Assembly (NCBI GenBank): GCA_964016885.1
Contig: OZ024747.1
Span: forward strand, 1,984,001-2,048,000
DNA: 64,000 nucleotides
From: Eledone cirrhosa
Taxonomy: Eukaryota
Reading direction: 5' to 3'
Below the pieces are notes generated by a model that saw only the letters and a list, made by a program, of their open reading frames with translations, searched no databases and was not told the origin of the DNA. This document shows, piece after piece, positions 37,039-52,900 of this stretch (position 1 is the first letter of the stretch; each line of letters opens with the position of its first letter). The translations under genes were made by a program, and so were the position numbers.

Positions 37039-37421
37039 CAGCATCACCGTTTTACGTCCGTTCTTCCACGCTAGTATGGGTTAGATGGGTTGTCCTGTTG
37101 TGGGCAGTGTCTGGTCGGCTGACCATGCCTTGCTCATACAGGAACTGATTCTGGCTTGATTTCTACAGCTGGATGCCCTAACACCAAGCTCATTTACAGT
37201 GACTGCTGGGTGCTTTTTTGCCATGGCATCTCCACGACCACTTTGCAGTGGAAGGATATGGACCCCAGTCCCTAGCATCCCATTTCTACAGCTGAGTAAA
37301 CTGGAGCAATGTGAAATAAAGTGTCTTGCTCAAGGAAACAACACATCACCTGGTCTGAGAATTGAACTCACAACCTTTCGATTGCAAGGCCAATGCTCTA
37401 ACCACTAAGCCATGTGCCTCC
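37039..37421 (-). mobile_element. Full-length CORE-type SINE S2 with RTE-A tail
   Basis: tRNA head TGGCTTAGTGGTTAG / GAGTTCAATTC, CORE-like body, tail matching the RTE-A 3' UTR at 14333-14590 (with one fewer 48-bp unit). Confidence 0.9.
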
Positions 37422-37422
37422 A

Positions 37423-38520
<1,098 letters not shown>

Positions 38521-38904
38521 TGTGTATGTAATAAAATTATAATTTCTATAATACTTTCATTTAAAAACAGACAAAAAAGAAATTTGATTTCATATTTTGC
38601 TTTTCATTTCTACAATTATGTTGTTTTTTCTCTCCATAGAAGTCACATATTGGATTTTGCTTGAGGGTGAGATAATATTCTATTATTAGTTTGGGCTTAA
38701 TTTTCTATCAGAGCTTTAAATATTTCTGTTCAGAAGTCAGAAAATGTTTTATGATTTTGGGGGGAGATTTTTTTTATATCTTTCTTGTTTATTATTTATT
38801 TGTCATTTTGATTCATGGTGGCCAGTGTATATCAGTTCTATTTCTGTTACTGCAACATTTACAACCACCACTATTTTGTTTCACGCTATAAACATTTCTT
38901 TTTC

Positions 38905-39113
38905 TCTACCACTACCACCACCCCTACTATTATCACCTCTACTGCTACTACCCCTACTACTACTACTATCACCACTGCCACTACCACTACTACCACCACT
39001 GCCACTACTACTGCTACTACTCCTACTACTGCTACTACCCCTACTACTAGTACCACCTCCACCACCCCTGCCACTACTACTACTATCACTACTACTACTA
39101 CTACTACTACTAC
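38905..39113. repeat. (ACT/ACC)n trinucleotide repeat
   Basis: Direct inspection. Confidence 0.9.
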
Positions 39114-39399
39114 ATCAGTTTGGTTAATGAATTGTGTGTTTTGATTTCAATAAAATTACATTATTCTTGGTTCCTAACTTAAAAGAAAACTCAGAGTTTG
39201 TATTCAACTCACTCACACACAGACACACTCACACACAGACACACACATGCAGACATACATATACATTCAAACACTCACATACATGCATATACACACACAT
39301 TCAGATAGACAGACATATACATGCACAAAAACATGCAAACACTCCACTAAAGAGTTAGATAAACTAAGGGCCTCAATCTTACAACTTTCAATTATAAGG

Positions 39400-42300
39400 G
39401 TTTGGTGGGCCGACAGTTCTAGTAGAATACATAGGTGGACCGACAGTTCTAGTAGAAGACATTGGTGGGCCGACAGTTCTAGTAGAAGACTTGGTGGGCC
39501 GACAGTTCTAGTAGAAGACATTGGTGGGCCGACAGTTCTAGTAGAAGACATTGGTGGGCCGACAGTTCTAGTAGAAGACATTGGTGGGCCGACAGTTCTA
39601 GTAGAAGACATTGGTGGACCGACACTTCTGGTAGAAGACATTGGTGGACCGACAGTTCTAGTAGAATACATAGGTGGACCGACAGTTCTAGTAGAAGACT
39701 TGGTGGGCCGACAGTTCTAGTAGAAGACATTGGTGGGCCGACAGTTCTAGTAGAAGACATTGGTGGACCGACAGTTCTAGTGAAAGACATTGGTGGACCG
39801 ACACTTCTGGTAGAAGACATTGGTGGACCGACAGTTCTAGTAGAATACATAGGTGGACCGACAGTTCTAGTAGAAGACATTGGTGGACCGACAGTTCTAG
39901 TAGAATACATAGGTGGACCGACAGTTCTAGTAGAAGGCCTTGGTGGACCGGCAGTTCTAGTAGAAGACATTGGTGGACCGACAGTTCTAGTAGAAGACAT
40001 TGGTGGACCGACAGTTCTAGTGAAAGACATTGGTGGACCGACAGTTCTAGTAGAAGACATTGGTGGGCCGACAGTTCTAGTAGAAGACATTGGTGGACCG
40101 ACAGTTCTAGTAGAAGACATTGGTGGACCGACAGTTCTAGTAGAATACATAGGTGGACCGACAGTTCTAGTAGAAGGCCTTGGTGGACCGACAGTTCTAG
40201 TAGAAGACATTGGTGGACCGACAGTTCTAGTAGAATACATAGGTGGACCGACAGTTCTAGTAGAAGACATTGGTGGACCAACAGTTCTAGTAGAAGGCCT
40301 TGGTGGACCGACAGTTCTAGTAGAATACATAGTTGGACCGACAGTTCTAGTAGAAGACATTGGTGGGCCGACAGTTCTAGTAGAAGACATCGGTGGACCG
40401 ACAGTTCTAGTAGAAGACATTGGTGGGCCGACAGTTCTAGTAGAAGACATTGGTGGACCGACAGTTCTAGTAGAAGACATTGGTGGACCAACAGTTCTAG
40501 TAGAAGACATTGGTGGGCCGGCAGTTCTAGTAGAAGACATTGGTGGGCCGACAGTTCTAGTAGCATACATAGGTGGACCGACAGTTCTAGTAGAAGACAT
40601 TGGTGGGCCGACAGTTCTAGTAGAAGACATTGGTGGACCGACAGTTCTAGTAGAAGACATTGGTGGGCCGACAGTTCTAGTAGAAGACATCGGTGGACCG
40701 ACAGTTCTAGTAGAATACATAGGTGGACCGACACTTCTAGTAGAAGACATCGGTGGACCGACAGTTCTAGTAGAAGACATAGGTGGACCGACAGTTCTAG
40801 TGAAAGACATTGGTGAACCGACAGTTCTAGTAGAAGACATTGGTGGGCCGACAGTTCTAGTAGAAGACATTGGTGGACCGACAGTTCTAGTAGAAGACAT
40901 TGGTGGGCCGACAGTTCTAGTAGAAGACATCGGTGGACCGACAGTTCTAGTAGAATACATAGGTGGACCGACACTTCTAGTAGAAGACATCGGTGGACCG
41001 ACAGTTCTAGTAGAAGACATAGGTGGACCGACAGTTCTAGTGAAAGACATTGGTGGACCGACAGTTCTAGTAGAAGACATTGGTGGGCCGACAGTTCTAG
41101 TAGAAGACATCGGTGGACCGACAGTTCTAGTAGAATACATAGGTGGACCGACACTTCTAGTAGAAGACATCGGTGGACCGACAGTTCTAGTAGAAGACAT
41201 CGGTGGACCGACAGTTCTAGTGAAAGACATTGGTGGACCGACAGTTCTAGTAGAATACATAGGTGGACCGACAGTTCTAGTAGAAGACATTGGTGGACTG
41301 ACAGTTCTAGTAGAAGACATTGGTGGACCAACAGTTCTAGTAGAAGACATTGGTGGACCGACAGTTCTAGTAGAAGACATCGGTGGACCGACAGTTCTAG
41401 TAGAAGACATTGGTGGACTGACAGTTCTAGTAGAATACATAGGTGGACCGACAGTTCTAGTAGAAGGCCTTGGTGGACCGACAGTTCTAGTAGAAGACAT
41501 TGGTGGACCGACAGTTCTAGTAGAAGACATCGGTGGACCGACAGTTCTAGTAGAAGACATTGGTGGACCAACAGTTCTAGTAGAAGACATTGGTGGACCG
41601 ACAGTTCTAGTAGAAGGCATTGGTGGACCGACAGTTCTAGTAGAAGGCATTGGTGGGCCGACAGTTCTAGTAGAAGACATTGGTGGGCCGACAGTTCTAG
41701 TAGAAGACATTGGTGGACCGACAGTTCTAGTAGAAGACATTGGTGGACCGACAGTTCTAGTAGAAGACATTGGTGGGCCGACAGTTCTAGTAGAAGACAT
41801 CGGTGGACCGACAGTTCTAGTAGAAGACATTGGTGGGCCGATAGTTCTAGTAGAAGACATTGGTGGACCGACAGTTCTAGTAGAAGACATTGGTGGGCCG
41901 ACAGTTCTAGTAGAAGACATTGGTGGGCCGACAGTTCTAGTAGAATACATAGGTGGACCGACAGTTTTAGTAGAAGACATTGGTGGGCCGACAGTTCTAG
42001 TAGAAGACATTGGTGGACCGACAGTTCTAGTAGAAGACATTGTTGGGCCGACAGTTCTAGTAGAAGACATCGGTGGACCGATAGTTCTAGTAGAATACAT
42101 AGGTGGACCGACACTTCTAGTAGAAGACATCGGTGGACCGACAGTTCTAGTAGAAGACATAGGTGGACCGACAGTTCTAGTGAAAGACATTGGTGAACCG
42201 ACAGTTCTAGTAGAAGACATTGGTGGGCCGACAGTTCTAGTAGAAGACATTGGTGGACCGACAGTTCTAGTAGAAGACATTGGTGGGCCGACAGTTCTAG

Positions 42301-42882
42301 TAGAAGACATCGGTGGGCCGACAGTTCTAGTAGAATACATAGGTGGACCGACACTTCTAGTAGAAGACATCGGTGGACCGACAGTTCTAGTAGAAGACAT
42401 AGGTGGACCGACAGTTCTAGTAGAATACATAGGTGGACCGACACTTCTAGTAGAAGACATTGGTGGACCGACAGTTCTAGTAGAAGACATCGGTGGACTG
42501 ACAGTTCTAGTGAAAGACATTGGTGGACCGACAGTTCTAGTAGAATACATAGGTGGACCGACAGTTCTAGTAGAAGGCCTTGGTGGACCGACAGTTCTAG
42601 TAGAAGACATTGGTGGACCGACAGTTCTAGTAGAAGACATCGGTGGACCGACAGTTCTAGTAGAAGACATCGGTGGACCAACAGTTCTAGTAGAAGACAT
42701 TGGTGGACCGACAGTTCTAGTAGAAGGCATTGGTGGACCGACAGTTCTAGTAGAAGGCATTGGTGGACCGACAGTTCTAGTAGAAGGCATTGGTGGACCG
42801 ATAATTCTAGTAGAAGGCATTGGTGGACCGACAGTTCTAGTAGAAGGCATTGGTGGACCGATAATTCTAGTAGAAGACATCA
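39400..42882. repeat. 30-bp minisatellite, about 116 copies
   Basis: Unit TAGAAGACATTGGTGGACCGACAGTTCTAG; two 29-bp units near 39490 and 39700. Confidence 0.98.
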
Positions 42883-43334
42883 AAGGTTCAGTGGGAAGGG
42901 ATTAAAACATAAACCACATAATTGTAAAGGAAACTTCTTAAATCCAATACTGTGCCTGAAACAATGGTGTAATACTAACACATTTCTAATTATATTTTTC
43001 ATCCTTATGGAGTCGATAAAATGAAGTACCAGTAATACACTGGGGAAATTGCTGGCCTTGTGCCAAAAGTAGAAACAATTATATTTCTAATAAAATACAC
43101 TATAAAGGTCAGTTGAAAAGTAACAATGCAGTTACTAATAAGAAGAGTTGAAATTAATGCATGCAAGATTTCAAGGCTCTAACATCACTCCTTCATAGTC
43201 AGCCTAGGAACTATTCAGCTGACCTTTATACCAATATGTTACAATTAGTTGACCTTTATACCAATATGTTACAATTAGTTTGAACATAATCCAAAATTTT
43301 GAGGGATTTAATAAAATAACTAACATAGATGACA

Positions 43335-43521
43335 TAAAGCAGCCAGCACATACTGTAAATGTGGTTGGCATTAGGAAGGACATCCAGCTGTAGAAACTAA
43401 GCCAGAATCAGTTCTGTATGAGCAAGACATGGTCACCTGACCTGGCATTTCTCACAATAGGACAACTTGTCTAACCCATGCTAACATGGGGAAATGGACA
43501 TTAAACAGTAATGATGATGAT
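43335..43521 (+). mobile_element. RTE-type 3' tail fragment
   Basis: ggaaggacatccagctgtagaaa...cccatgctaacatggg...gatgatga. Confidence 0.75.
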
Positions 43522-44069
43522 AGAGAGTATTGCTGGAACCTATGACCAATGTTTTATATGTTCAACATCCTTAGTTATTCTGTGTCTATTGCATTCATAA
43601 GTTGTTTAATTCAATTATTCATCTACTGAATTTTTCATCTAATGCCAGTTATTTCTTTCAATGAAACGTGAAATTAATTGTAAAGAAAATGAACATTTAA
43701 TTTGATTTACTAATTTAATTAACAACCATCATATTACTGTTTGAATCATAGAATCCATAGCTTTGAGATTATTCATTTACAAATTATACAGCAATAAAGT
43801 ATTTAGGATAGATAATTAAAAAGTATACACAAGGAGGATGCCTGGCTACAAGTATATTCAATGCTGCCTAGCTACAAGTATATTGAAGGATGGCTAGCTG
43901 GGAATATATGTGAAAATGGCTAGCTAAAAGTACATTGAAGTGTAGCAAGCTAAATGTTGGTTTGAAGATGGCCAGTTACTTAAACATAGATTCACACTAC
44001 ACTGACGACTCAGTGTTACTACCACTTTCTCAATGACAGGATTTTGATGGTAGGAAAGGGAATATATAT

Positions 44070-44744
<675 letters not shown>

Positions 44745-45361
44745 GATAAGCTATAATAGTTGAAATGAAAATTTTAATTTCATATGTCAATTCTTAGAGG
44801 AATATAATTATAGTTATAATTTCTGATCGAGTTCATGAAATCTCAGAACAGAATGGAACAGAAAGGGGGAAAAATCCAGCAGTCAAGGTGGACGTTATAG
44901 CTTAGGTGATCATTGAACTGAAAAATCGGAATGTGTTGGGGGCTATACAGAAGGAACTTATTTGTTAAGTCAAATAGAAATATTTTCTGATTCATTTTGC
45001 CTTTTTGAGAAGATTCTATTGATTTTCCAAACTAAACCACATTTTTACCTCGATGAACTACCGAAGAAGGCTGAAAGTAGAGAAGTTTTTTTCCTTAATT
45101 TTCTTATATATTTATTCATTTATTTTTACTATTATTATTTAAATGAAATTCTTAAGTTTTTTAGAGGAATATATTATTAAAAATATTGCCTCGACCACAA
45201 ATATGGCCTTTGATATGTGGAACTTGTCAAAAAGACTTCAGTTATATTTACCTTCATTTGGCTTTTAAATTAGGTTTTTGTATTTCTGTCTCTTCTTTTA
45301 AATCTAACCTATCTATTGAATATTTCCATTTGGACAACTCCCTTCCATCTACCACCCCACA

Positions 45362-46020
45362 CACATATATAATGTACATATACATATATAATGTATATAT
45401 ATACATATATAATATATATATATACATATATAATGTACATATACATATATAATGTACATATACATATATAATGTACATATACATATATAATGTACATATA
45501 CATATATAATGTACATATACATATATAATGTACATATACATATATAATGTATATATACATATATAATGTATATATACATATATAATGTATAAATACATAT
45601 ATAATGTATATATACATATATAATGTATATATACATATATAATGTATATATACATATATAATGTATATATACATATATAATGTATATATACATATATAAT
45701 GTATATATACATATATAATGTATATATACATATATAATGTACATATACATATATAATGTATATATACATATATAATGTATATATACATATATAATGTATA
45801 TATACATATATAATGTACATATACATATATAATGTACATATACATATATAATGTATATATACATATATAATGTATATATACATATATAATGTACACATAT
45901 ATAATGTATATACACATATAATGTACACACACATATAATGTACACACATATAATGTGTACACACATATAATGTACACACATATAATGTGTACACACATAT
46001 AATGTATATACACATATAAT
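45362..46020. repeat. 19-bp TA-derived minisatellite (CATATATAATGTAYATATA)
   Basis: Direct inspection. Confidence 0.9.
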
Positions 46021-46192
46021 TGTTTCTACTTTAGGCACAAGGCCAGCAATTAACCAGTGCATTACTGGTACTTTCTTTTATCGACCCTGTAAGGATGAAA
46101 GGCAAAGTCAACCTCGGCGGGATTTGAACTCAGATCGTAAAGGGACGTAACTATGCTGGAAAGCATGGCGTCCGACCCTCTACCGATACTGC
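46018..46192 (-). mobile_element. Young S1 SINE with probable target-site duplication ATACACATATAAT
   Basis: Family identity; same 13-mer on both flanks (it could also be array sequence). Confidence 0.9.
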
Positions 46193-46351
46193 CATACACA
46201 TATAATGTACATATACATATACTACATACATGCATACATTCAGATTTTCTTCTTTTACTGGTTTCAAGGGTTTTTAGTCAATTGTATTAATCCCATTACT
46301 TATTCTAGTTTGGCATCATTTTATTAATCTCTATCATTTCTCTCTCTCACG

Positions 46352-46413
<62 letters not shown>

Positions 46414-46444
46414 ATGTATGTGTGTATAATTAAGTATATATATA

Positions 46445-48208
46445 TAATAATAATAATAAAATTATTGTGTACAGTGCTCAGGTGCACTACAACTCATCAA
46501 AGGTGCATGTATAGTACATAGAATAATATACAAATGTCAGGAAAATGAACAGTGTATGAGTCATGATAGACATGTGTGTGTGTGTATGGAAGGAGACATC
46601 AGGTGTAGTGTTGGCGAATCTCAGGGAGCATGGAGGTTTTAAAGGATGCAGTGTCCCGTCAGCTAACAACTGACGCAGGCAATTTGTTCCATGCTTCAGC
46701 AACTCTGAGCATGAAAAAAGGTTTCCGAAAGTCATGGGAGCTGTGCTGTTTTCTGACTTTGTAGGCATGCCCATGGGTGTTAGACACATGGAGATCAAAA
46801 AGTTGCTCAGGATTGTTGTTGGCAAGATGGTTAATAACTTAAAGGTGTTTACCAAGTTAGTTGCCAGATGTCAGAGCTTCAATGTATCCTTTAGTATGAA
46901 AAGCCTTAAAAAATCCTTTAGTATGAACATATAACAGTAAATATTGAGTCATGTAAATAGTAAATGGTTAAAGATGGTTGGATTTGAAGGAGATTTGGCT
47001 CCTATTTCAAGCAGGTAAAATAACCACAAAACAGTTGACATTTGTTAACTTAGTGATTAAAAAACCCATGATGTTTAGGAATATATTTAGCCAACTTCTA
47101 TGCTGACTCTGCAAGAGAGAAATAACTGTATTGTATATACCTTGACAGTATTCATTAGTATATTTAGTTTGTTATCATTTTTACATTTGTTTTTCCATGG
47201 TTAATCGGTTTGGACAAGGCTTTTTAAGCTGTATTTTTTTGCTGGATGGCTTTCCTGACCCCCTTACCTATGGTCAGGAATCTTGGGTAATGAGTTGCCA
47301 GTCTGTGATCCATTGTTGCATTGTGTCAGATTGTAGGCAAGATCTATAGTGTTCAGGATCTGTCCTTTTTATCTCAAGGTACAGCTTGATGTCATCTGCA
47401 TATTTCAGTACTGTGGCATTCTTTAAGTTGGCATCTATGTCATTAATATATGCCACAAACAAAAGGGGGCCAAGAACAGATCCCTGTGGTACACCAGATG
47501 ACATCTCATATAGTGAGGAATGCTGTCCCAGAACCGTGACAACCTCTCTGAGAATGAAGGACCTCTCTGAGAATGAAGGACTTCAACCAGTTAAAAAGAT
47601 CACCCTTCACACCCATTGCAGAGAGTTTTCTATAAGCCTTTTGTGTGGCTCAAAATTGAAAACTTTAGTAAAGTCAAGGTAAACAGCATCCACCCATGAG
47701 CCACCATCAGTGATCTGGGTGATGTCTTCAAGAAACTCGATGAGTTGATCACAGAAGCTGGAGTTAGGGATAAATCCAAATTGCGAGGGCCGGATAAGCC
47801 TGTGAGAGTTCCAGAAGTTCCAAAGTGTTTCTCTGACACAGGATTCCATCAGTTTGGCCATGCAACTAGTAAGACTGACTGGACGACAGTTCACAGGTGA
47901 TGTGCGGTCACCCTTTTTGAACAGAGGAATGACACTGGCAGTTTTCCACTGTTCTGGAGTAGCACCGTTATTCAGACAGAATTGGAAGTGTGATAGCTGG
48001 TGCAGAAGGAAGTACCCACCATGTTTGAGAAGTAGGTACGTAACACCATCAAGACCAGGAGAGGCATGGTTGCGTTTATTTTTAAGGTGACGTTGCAGCA
48101 TTGCAGGTGTAAATTCCATAGTTGTAATAGAATCCGGTGTCAGAGGTGGTGGAGACGGTACACTCTGGTATTCAATAGTGAAAATGCCTGCATAGCATTC
48201 AGCAATGA
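46445..48208 (-). mobile_element. CR1-type LINE, truncated and disrupted (RT about 47272-48208; 3' end about 46445-46900)
   Basis: SPGLDG, WKTASVIPLFKKGD, RPVSLTS, QFGF, VYLDF, SGVPQGSVLGPLLF, YADD; (TAT)n tail. Confidence 0.9.
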
Positions 48209-48478
48209 GCTCTTATATTTCTTATATATATATATATATATATCTTTCTATATATATATATATTTCTTATATATATATATATATATATATATCTGTCTAT
48301 ATATATGTATATATCTTATATATGTATATATCTTATATATATATATATCTTATATATATATATATATCTATCTTATATATATGTATATATCTTATATATA
48401 TATATATATCTATCTTATATATATCTATCTTATATATATGTATATATCTTATATATATATATATATATATGTATATAT

Positions 48479-48513
<35 letters not shown>

Positions 48514-48773
48514 TATATATATATATCTATCATATATATATATATATATCTTATATATATATCATATATATATATATATCTTATATATATATATATATAT
48601 ATATCTCATATATATATATATATATATATCTCATATATATATATCTCATATATATATATATATCTCCTATATATATATATATCTCATATATATATATATA
48701 TATATCTCATATATATATATATATATATATATATCTCATATATATATATATATATCTCATATATATATATATA

Positions 48774-48808
<35 letters not shown>

Positions 48809-48857
48809 ATATATATATATCTTATATATATATATATATCATATATATATATCTTAT

Positions 48858-49110
48858 CATCATCATCAACGTTTAACGTCCGTGTTCCACGCTTGCATGG
48901 GTTTGGACGGGGGTAGTCCCACTTGAGGCAAGAGTGATTGTCTTGCTCGCATAGGACTGTCTGGCAGGTTTTCTACAGTTGGATGCCCTTCCTAACACCA
49001 ACCACATTTACAGTGTGGGTTTGGGAGGTTTTTACCGTGTTGCCTACACGGCCACATTACAGCGTGGACTGTGTGTTTTTTTGTCGTGACACCTACACGA
49101 TCTCATTTGT
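48858..49110 (-). mobile_element. RTE-type 3' tail (family C)
   Basis: Near-identical to 26954-27177. Confidence 0.8.
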
Positions 49111-49421
49111 TATATATATATATATCTTATATATATATCTTATATATATATATCTTATATATATATATCTTATATATATATATATATATCTTATATATAT
49201 ATATTTTATATATATATATATCTTATATATATATATATATATATATATCTTATATATATATATATCTTATATTTATATCTTATATATATATATATCTTAT
49301 ATATATATATATCTTATATATATATATATCTTATATATATATATATATATCTTATATATATATATATATATATCTTATATATATATATCTTATATATATA
49401 TATATATATATATATATAAGA

Positions 49422-49633
49422 TCATCATCATCATCATCATCGTTTAACGTCCATCTTCCACGCTTGCATGGGTTTGGACGGGAGTTTTCCCACTTGAGGC
49501 AAGAGTGGTTGTCTTGCTCGCATAGGACTGTCTGGCTGGTTTTCTACGGCTGGCTGCCCTTCCTAACACCAACCACGTTTACAGTGGGGACTGGGAGGTT
49601 TTTACCGTGTTACCTACACGGCCATATTACAGC
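49422..49633 (-). mobile_element. RTE-type 3' tail (family C, second variant)
   Basis: Closest to the reverse complement of 27415-27637. Confidence 0.8.
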
Positions 49634-49642
49634 ATATATATA

Positions 49643-49975
49643 TAAACCAAACAAAAACCAATGTACCCTAATGAACTGCCCCATCTACGATATGAACATA
49701 TGCTTATGGACATACTTGATATACCATATCTAATGCACCAAATATGGTAAAGTTTACATAGGTAGCACTATATATAAGACATCCATAGCAAAGAAGACTT
49801 CAACACACATGTATCCTCCTTCAAGAAACACATAGATAAGTGCAGGAACATTTATAAAGATATAGTTGTCACTATTGAAGCCAGGATAAGAATATCAGAA
49901 ATCTCGGCATATATAAAAAATGTATAATAGATTGAAACCTGAAATCAACAATAGACAACAACCCAGATTCTAACA
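49643..49975 (+). pseudogene. Penelope-like GIY-YIG endonuclease relic
   Basis: CTLMNCPI...C...LIYHI*CTKYGKVYIGST and C-terminal LKPEINNRQ. Confidence 0.7.
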
Positions 49976-52900
49976 TATATATTGTATAACACTTGATTCT
50001 ATTTAAAAAAATGATACAATAGCTTAAATCATATACCACATGAATCATTCACTACTTCCAGAGTTGTGAGTTCAAATCCCACCAACGTCAACTTTGCCTT
50101 TTATTCTTCAATAAACTAAATTACTTCTTACATACTGGAGTCAATGTAATTGACTTTCCCCTCCCCACAAATTGTTGCCTTTGTTTCTAAATTAGACACC
50201 TTTATTATTATTATTAGTATTATTATTAATCCTGACGAGGTTAGCTTCAGCTTTCATCTTTACAGGGTCAATAGAATAAAGCACCATTTACTCACTTTCC
50301 CATCCCCACAAATAAATGTTGGTCTTGTGCTTAAATCAGAAATCATTATCATTATTATTATCATCACCATCATGCAGCTTTAATGAACCGACATTGTCAG
50401 CATTTTTTTTAAAAGCTCTTGGTCAAACCTAAGATAAATCCTACAGACCTTCAGAATTGACAGAAACTGTGTAACAGTAATATGATTTCTTTGAAGATTC
50501 ACAGAGCTTAGTGTAAACAGAAAGAAAACAAAAGAATTAGTGCAGGCTGCAAGAAGTAAACACGGTGACAAGATGAGAGAAAAATCTTGTCAGATCACAG
50601 TTAATAATCAGATAAATCGTTCTCAATGGATGTCGACAGAATGATAGTATCTTCATTAAGTCTAAGCACTGATTTAGAAAAAAGATTAGGATGAAAAGGT
50701 AGATTTTATAGATTTAGTTGTTAATGTATCAAATAAAATTGAAATAGATTAGAAAATTGATGATGGAATTATTGAGTCAAATACTGGAAAGATGTTCTAA
50801 ACATGGAAATTATCTTTTATCATGATAGTTATAGAAGTTTTCTTTTATTGAAAGGAGAAGGAGCAGCATCCATGACCCATTTCAGTCTCTCAGAAACTGG
50901 TGACAAGAAGGGAGGTAGATATCTTCAGGCAGAATTCTAACCTTAATGTTTATAATGGATTGGACTTTTCTAAAATCAACCAAGGAACAGGTAATGATGT
51001 GAAATAAAACTGGATGTCAGATTATGTAAACCCCACAAAATCAGAATGATCCCTCTGATAGGCTTTTACATGGTTCCTATCCACCAAAGTCCACTCACAA
51101 ACTTATAGTTGACCTGCAGCTAAGGTAAAATACACTTGTCCAAAGTTACTGCACTGTGAACTTAAACTCAGAACCATATGTTTGTGAAGCAGGCTTCTTC
51201 ACCACACTGCCATGTCTGCACCCATATAAATGTGTATACATAATCACCATATAGACATGTATTTAGATCTAATTGTGAAAAAAAAAAAGAATTACAAACA
51301 GATGCTATATATTTTTCTTTTCTTTCCATTAACAATCTGCTTCAATAATTTCCTTTCATTTAGCACACAGCTTTATACAGAGATGTGACTGAGATAAATG
51401 AGGAGAAATAAAAGTTCAATCTTCTCTTTAAGAAAGAAGACCCAAACTTAAGTATATCAAATTAATTTGTTGGCGTGCTGAACTTGAGATCAGAAATATT
51501 TCTGTGGTAATTAAATCTCAACTCTTCTTGCATGAATTCTCATTCTCTATAAATATTGACATGTAAGCTACTTCAGTGCACTTCAAAACTTCACTCAAAT
51601 CTCATTTAAGTTTCAATAGCTCCATTGTAGTTCTCCCTCTGATAATGCAACTATATTTATCTATATCTATATTGGAATATAGGTCTTCATCGTATTCATC
51701 TTCAACATTCTAGTCGTCCTTGTTGTTGTTGTCTTCATCATCGTCATCATCACAATTGCTTCTTCCTCCTTTTCGTCATCATCAACACTTTTGTCTGTCA
51801 CTAATGTCACTAACACACTCACCAGCATTGTTACTACTCTTGTCAATATTACCGCCACTACCATCACCCCAACCACCACCACCACTGTAATAATTCTATC
51901 AAAGTCGTTATGTATTTGTTGTCCAGCCTTTCACTGATTGGTGCATATGTATGTAATTTATGCGGGATAATTTGTTAGGCCATGTAATATATAAAAGTTA
52001 CATCTCTCAAGAAATTTGTAATGTTAATGAAATTTACACATTTCCATATAATCCACAAAGTTTTCTTCATATATAAAACCTAATGATCAGGCTGTTTATC
52101 ATTCCTTACTATTTATTTATCATTCCTTACCATTTATTTCTGATATTCAAATTCTTCCCTTAAGCTGCACTAGTCATCACTATCTTGCCTCAATTACACA
52201 TATATGCATCTGCCAGTGTACAGTCAATAATATTTGCATCTACCATGGCCAGTATGACATTCACATCCATCATGAAGTCTTATTATGCATCTATTGATTT
52301 ATGTATGATTGCTCACTCAGAACGTACATCATAAAAAAGTCAGTTTCTTATTTTTATTCATCGTTTGCAACTTTCAGTTTAGACTTGATATAGAGAAGTA
52401 ATCACTTGTGAATACTTCAGTGGCCAAAAGTCAAATTAGATCCTTCAGTCGTCCAATCAGAGAAGGAAGAAGAAAATTAATAAAAAATCTAAAAATCATA
52501 AAAACAAAACAAAACAAAAAACAAAGCATCAATGAGAAATTTAGGTTAGAAGATAAAAGACTAAGGCTTTGAAAGATATCTTTTGCTCCTTTATCTTCTT
52601 ATTACACCCTAGGGTATCACCATTCAGCTGTAGAGAAAATGAACAATTTTGCAACACTGCTTAATTGATTTTACTTCTTTATGAATTGTTTGTTATCAAA
52701 TTCCCAAATGGACAATTTTGTTGCCTTAGTTGAATGATCAGAAATGCATGTTTGTTTCTGCTTGTAAACATTTGTTTTATACTTTATGTTAAATTATGAT
52801 GTTATAATGATTTATCCCAAAGTGTTTGCTTTTTTTTCTTTTCATTTTCTTTTGTTTCTTTCATATTTTTCTTCTTATAATCCATGTTTTTTGTCTTTGT

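Noticed and set aside
37340-37421. tRNA gene-like sequence (also S1 heads)
   Set aside because: SINE heads continuing into CORE or body sequence; no proper acceptor stem or terminator
39479-42905. ORFs of 1134, 997 and 1041 aa (mucin-like MSSTRTVGPP or EDIGGPTVLV repeats)
   Set aside because: By-product of a stop-free 30-bp unit open in three frames; 29-bp units break frame; no signal peptide or convincing splice context
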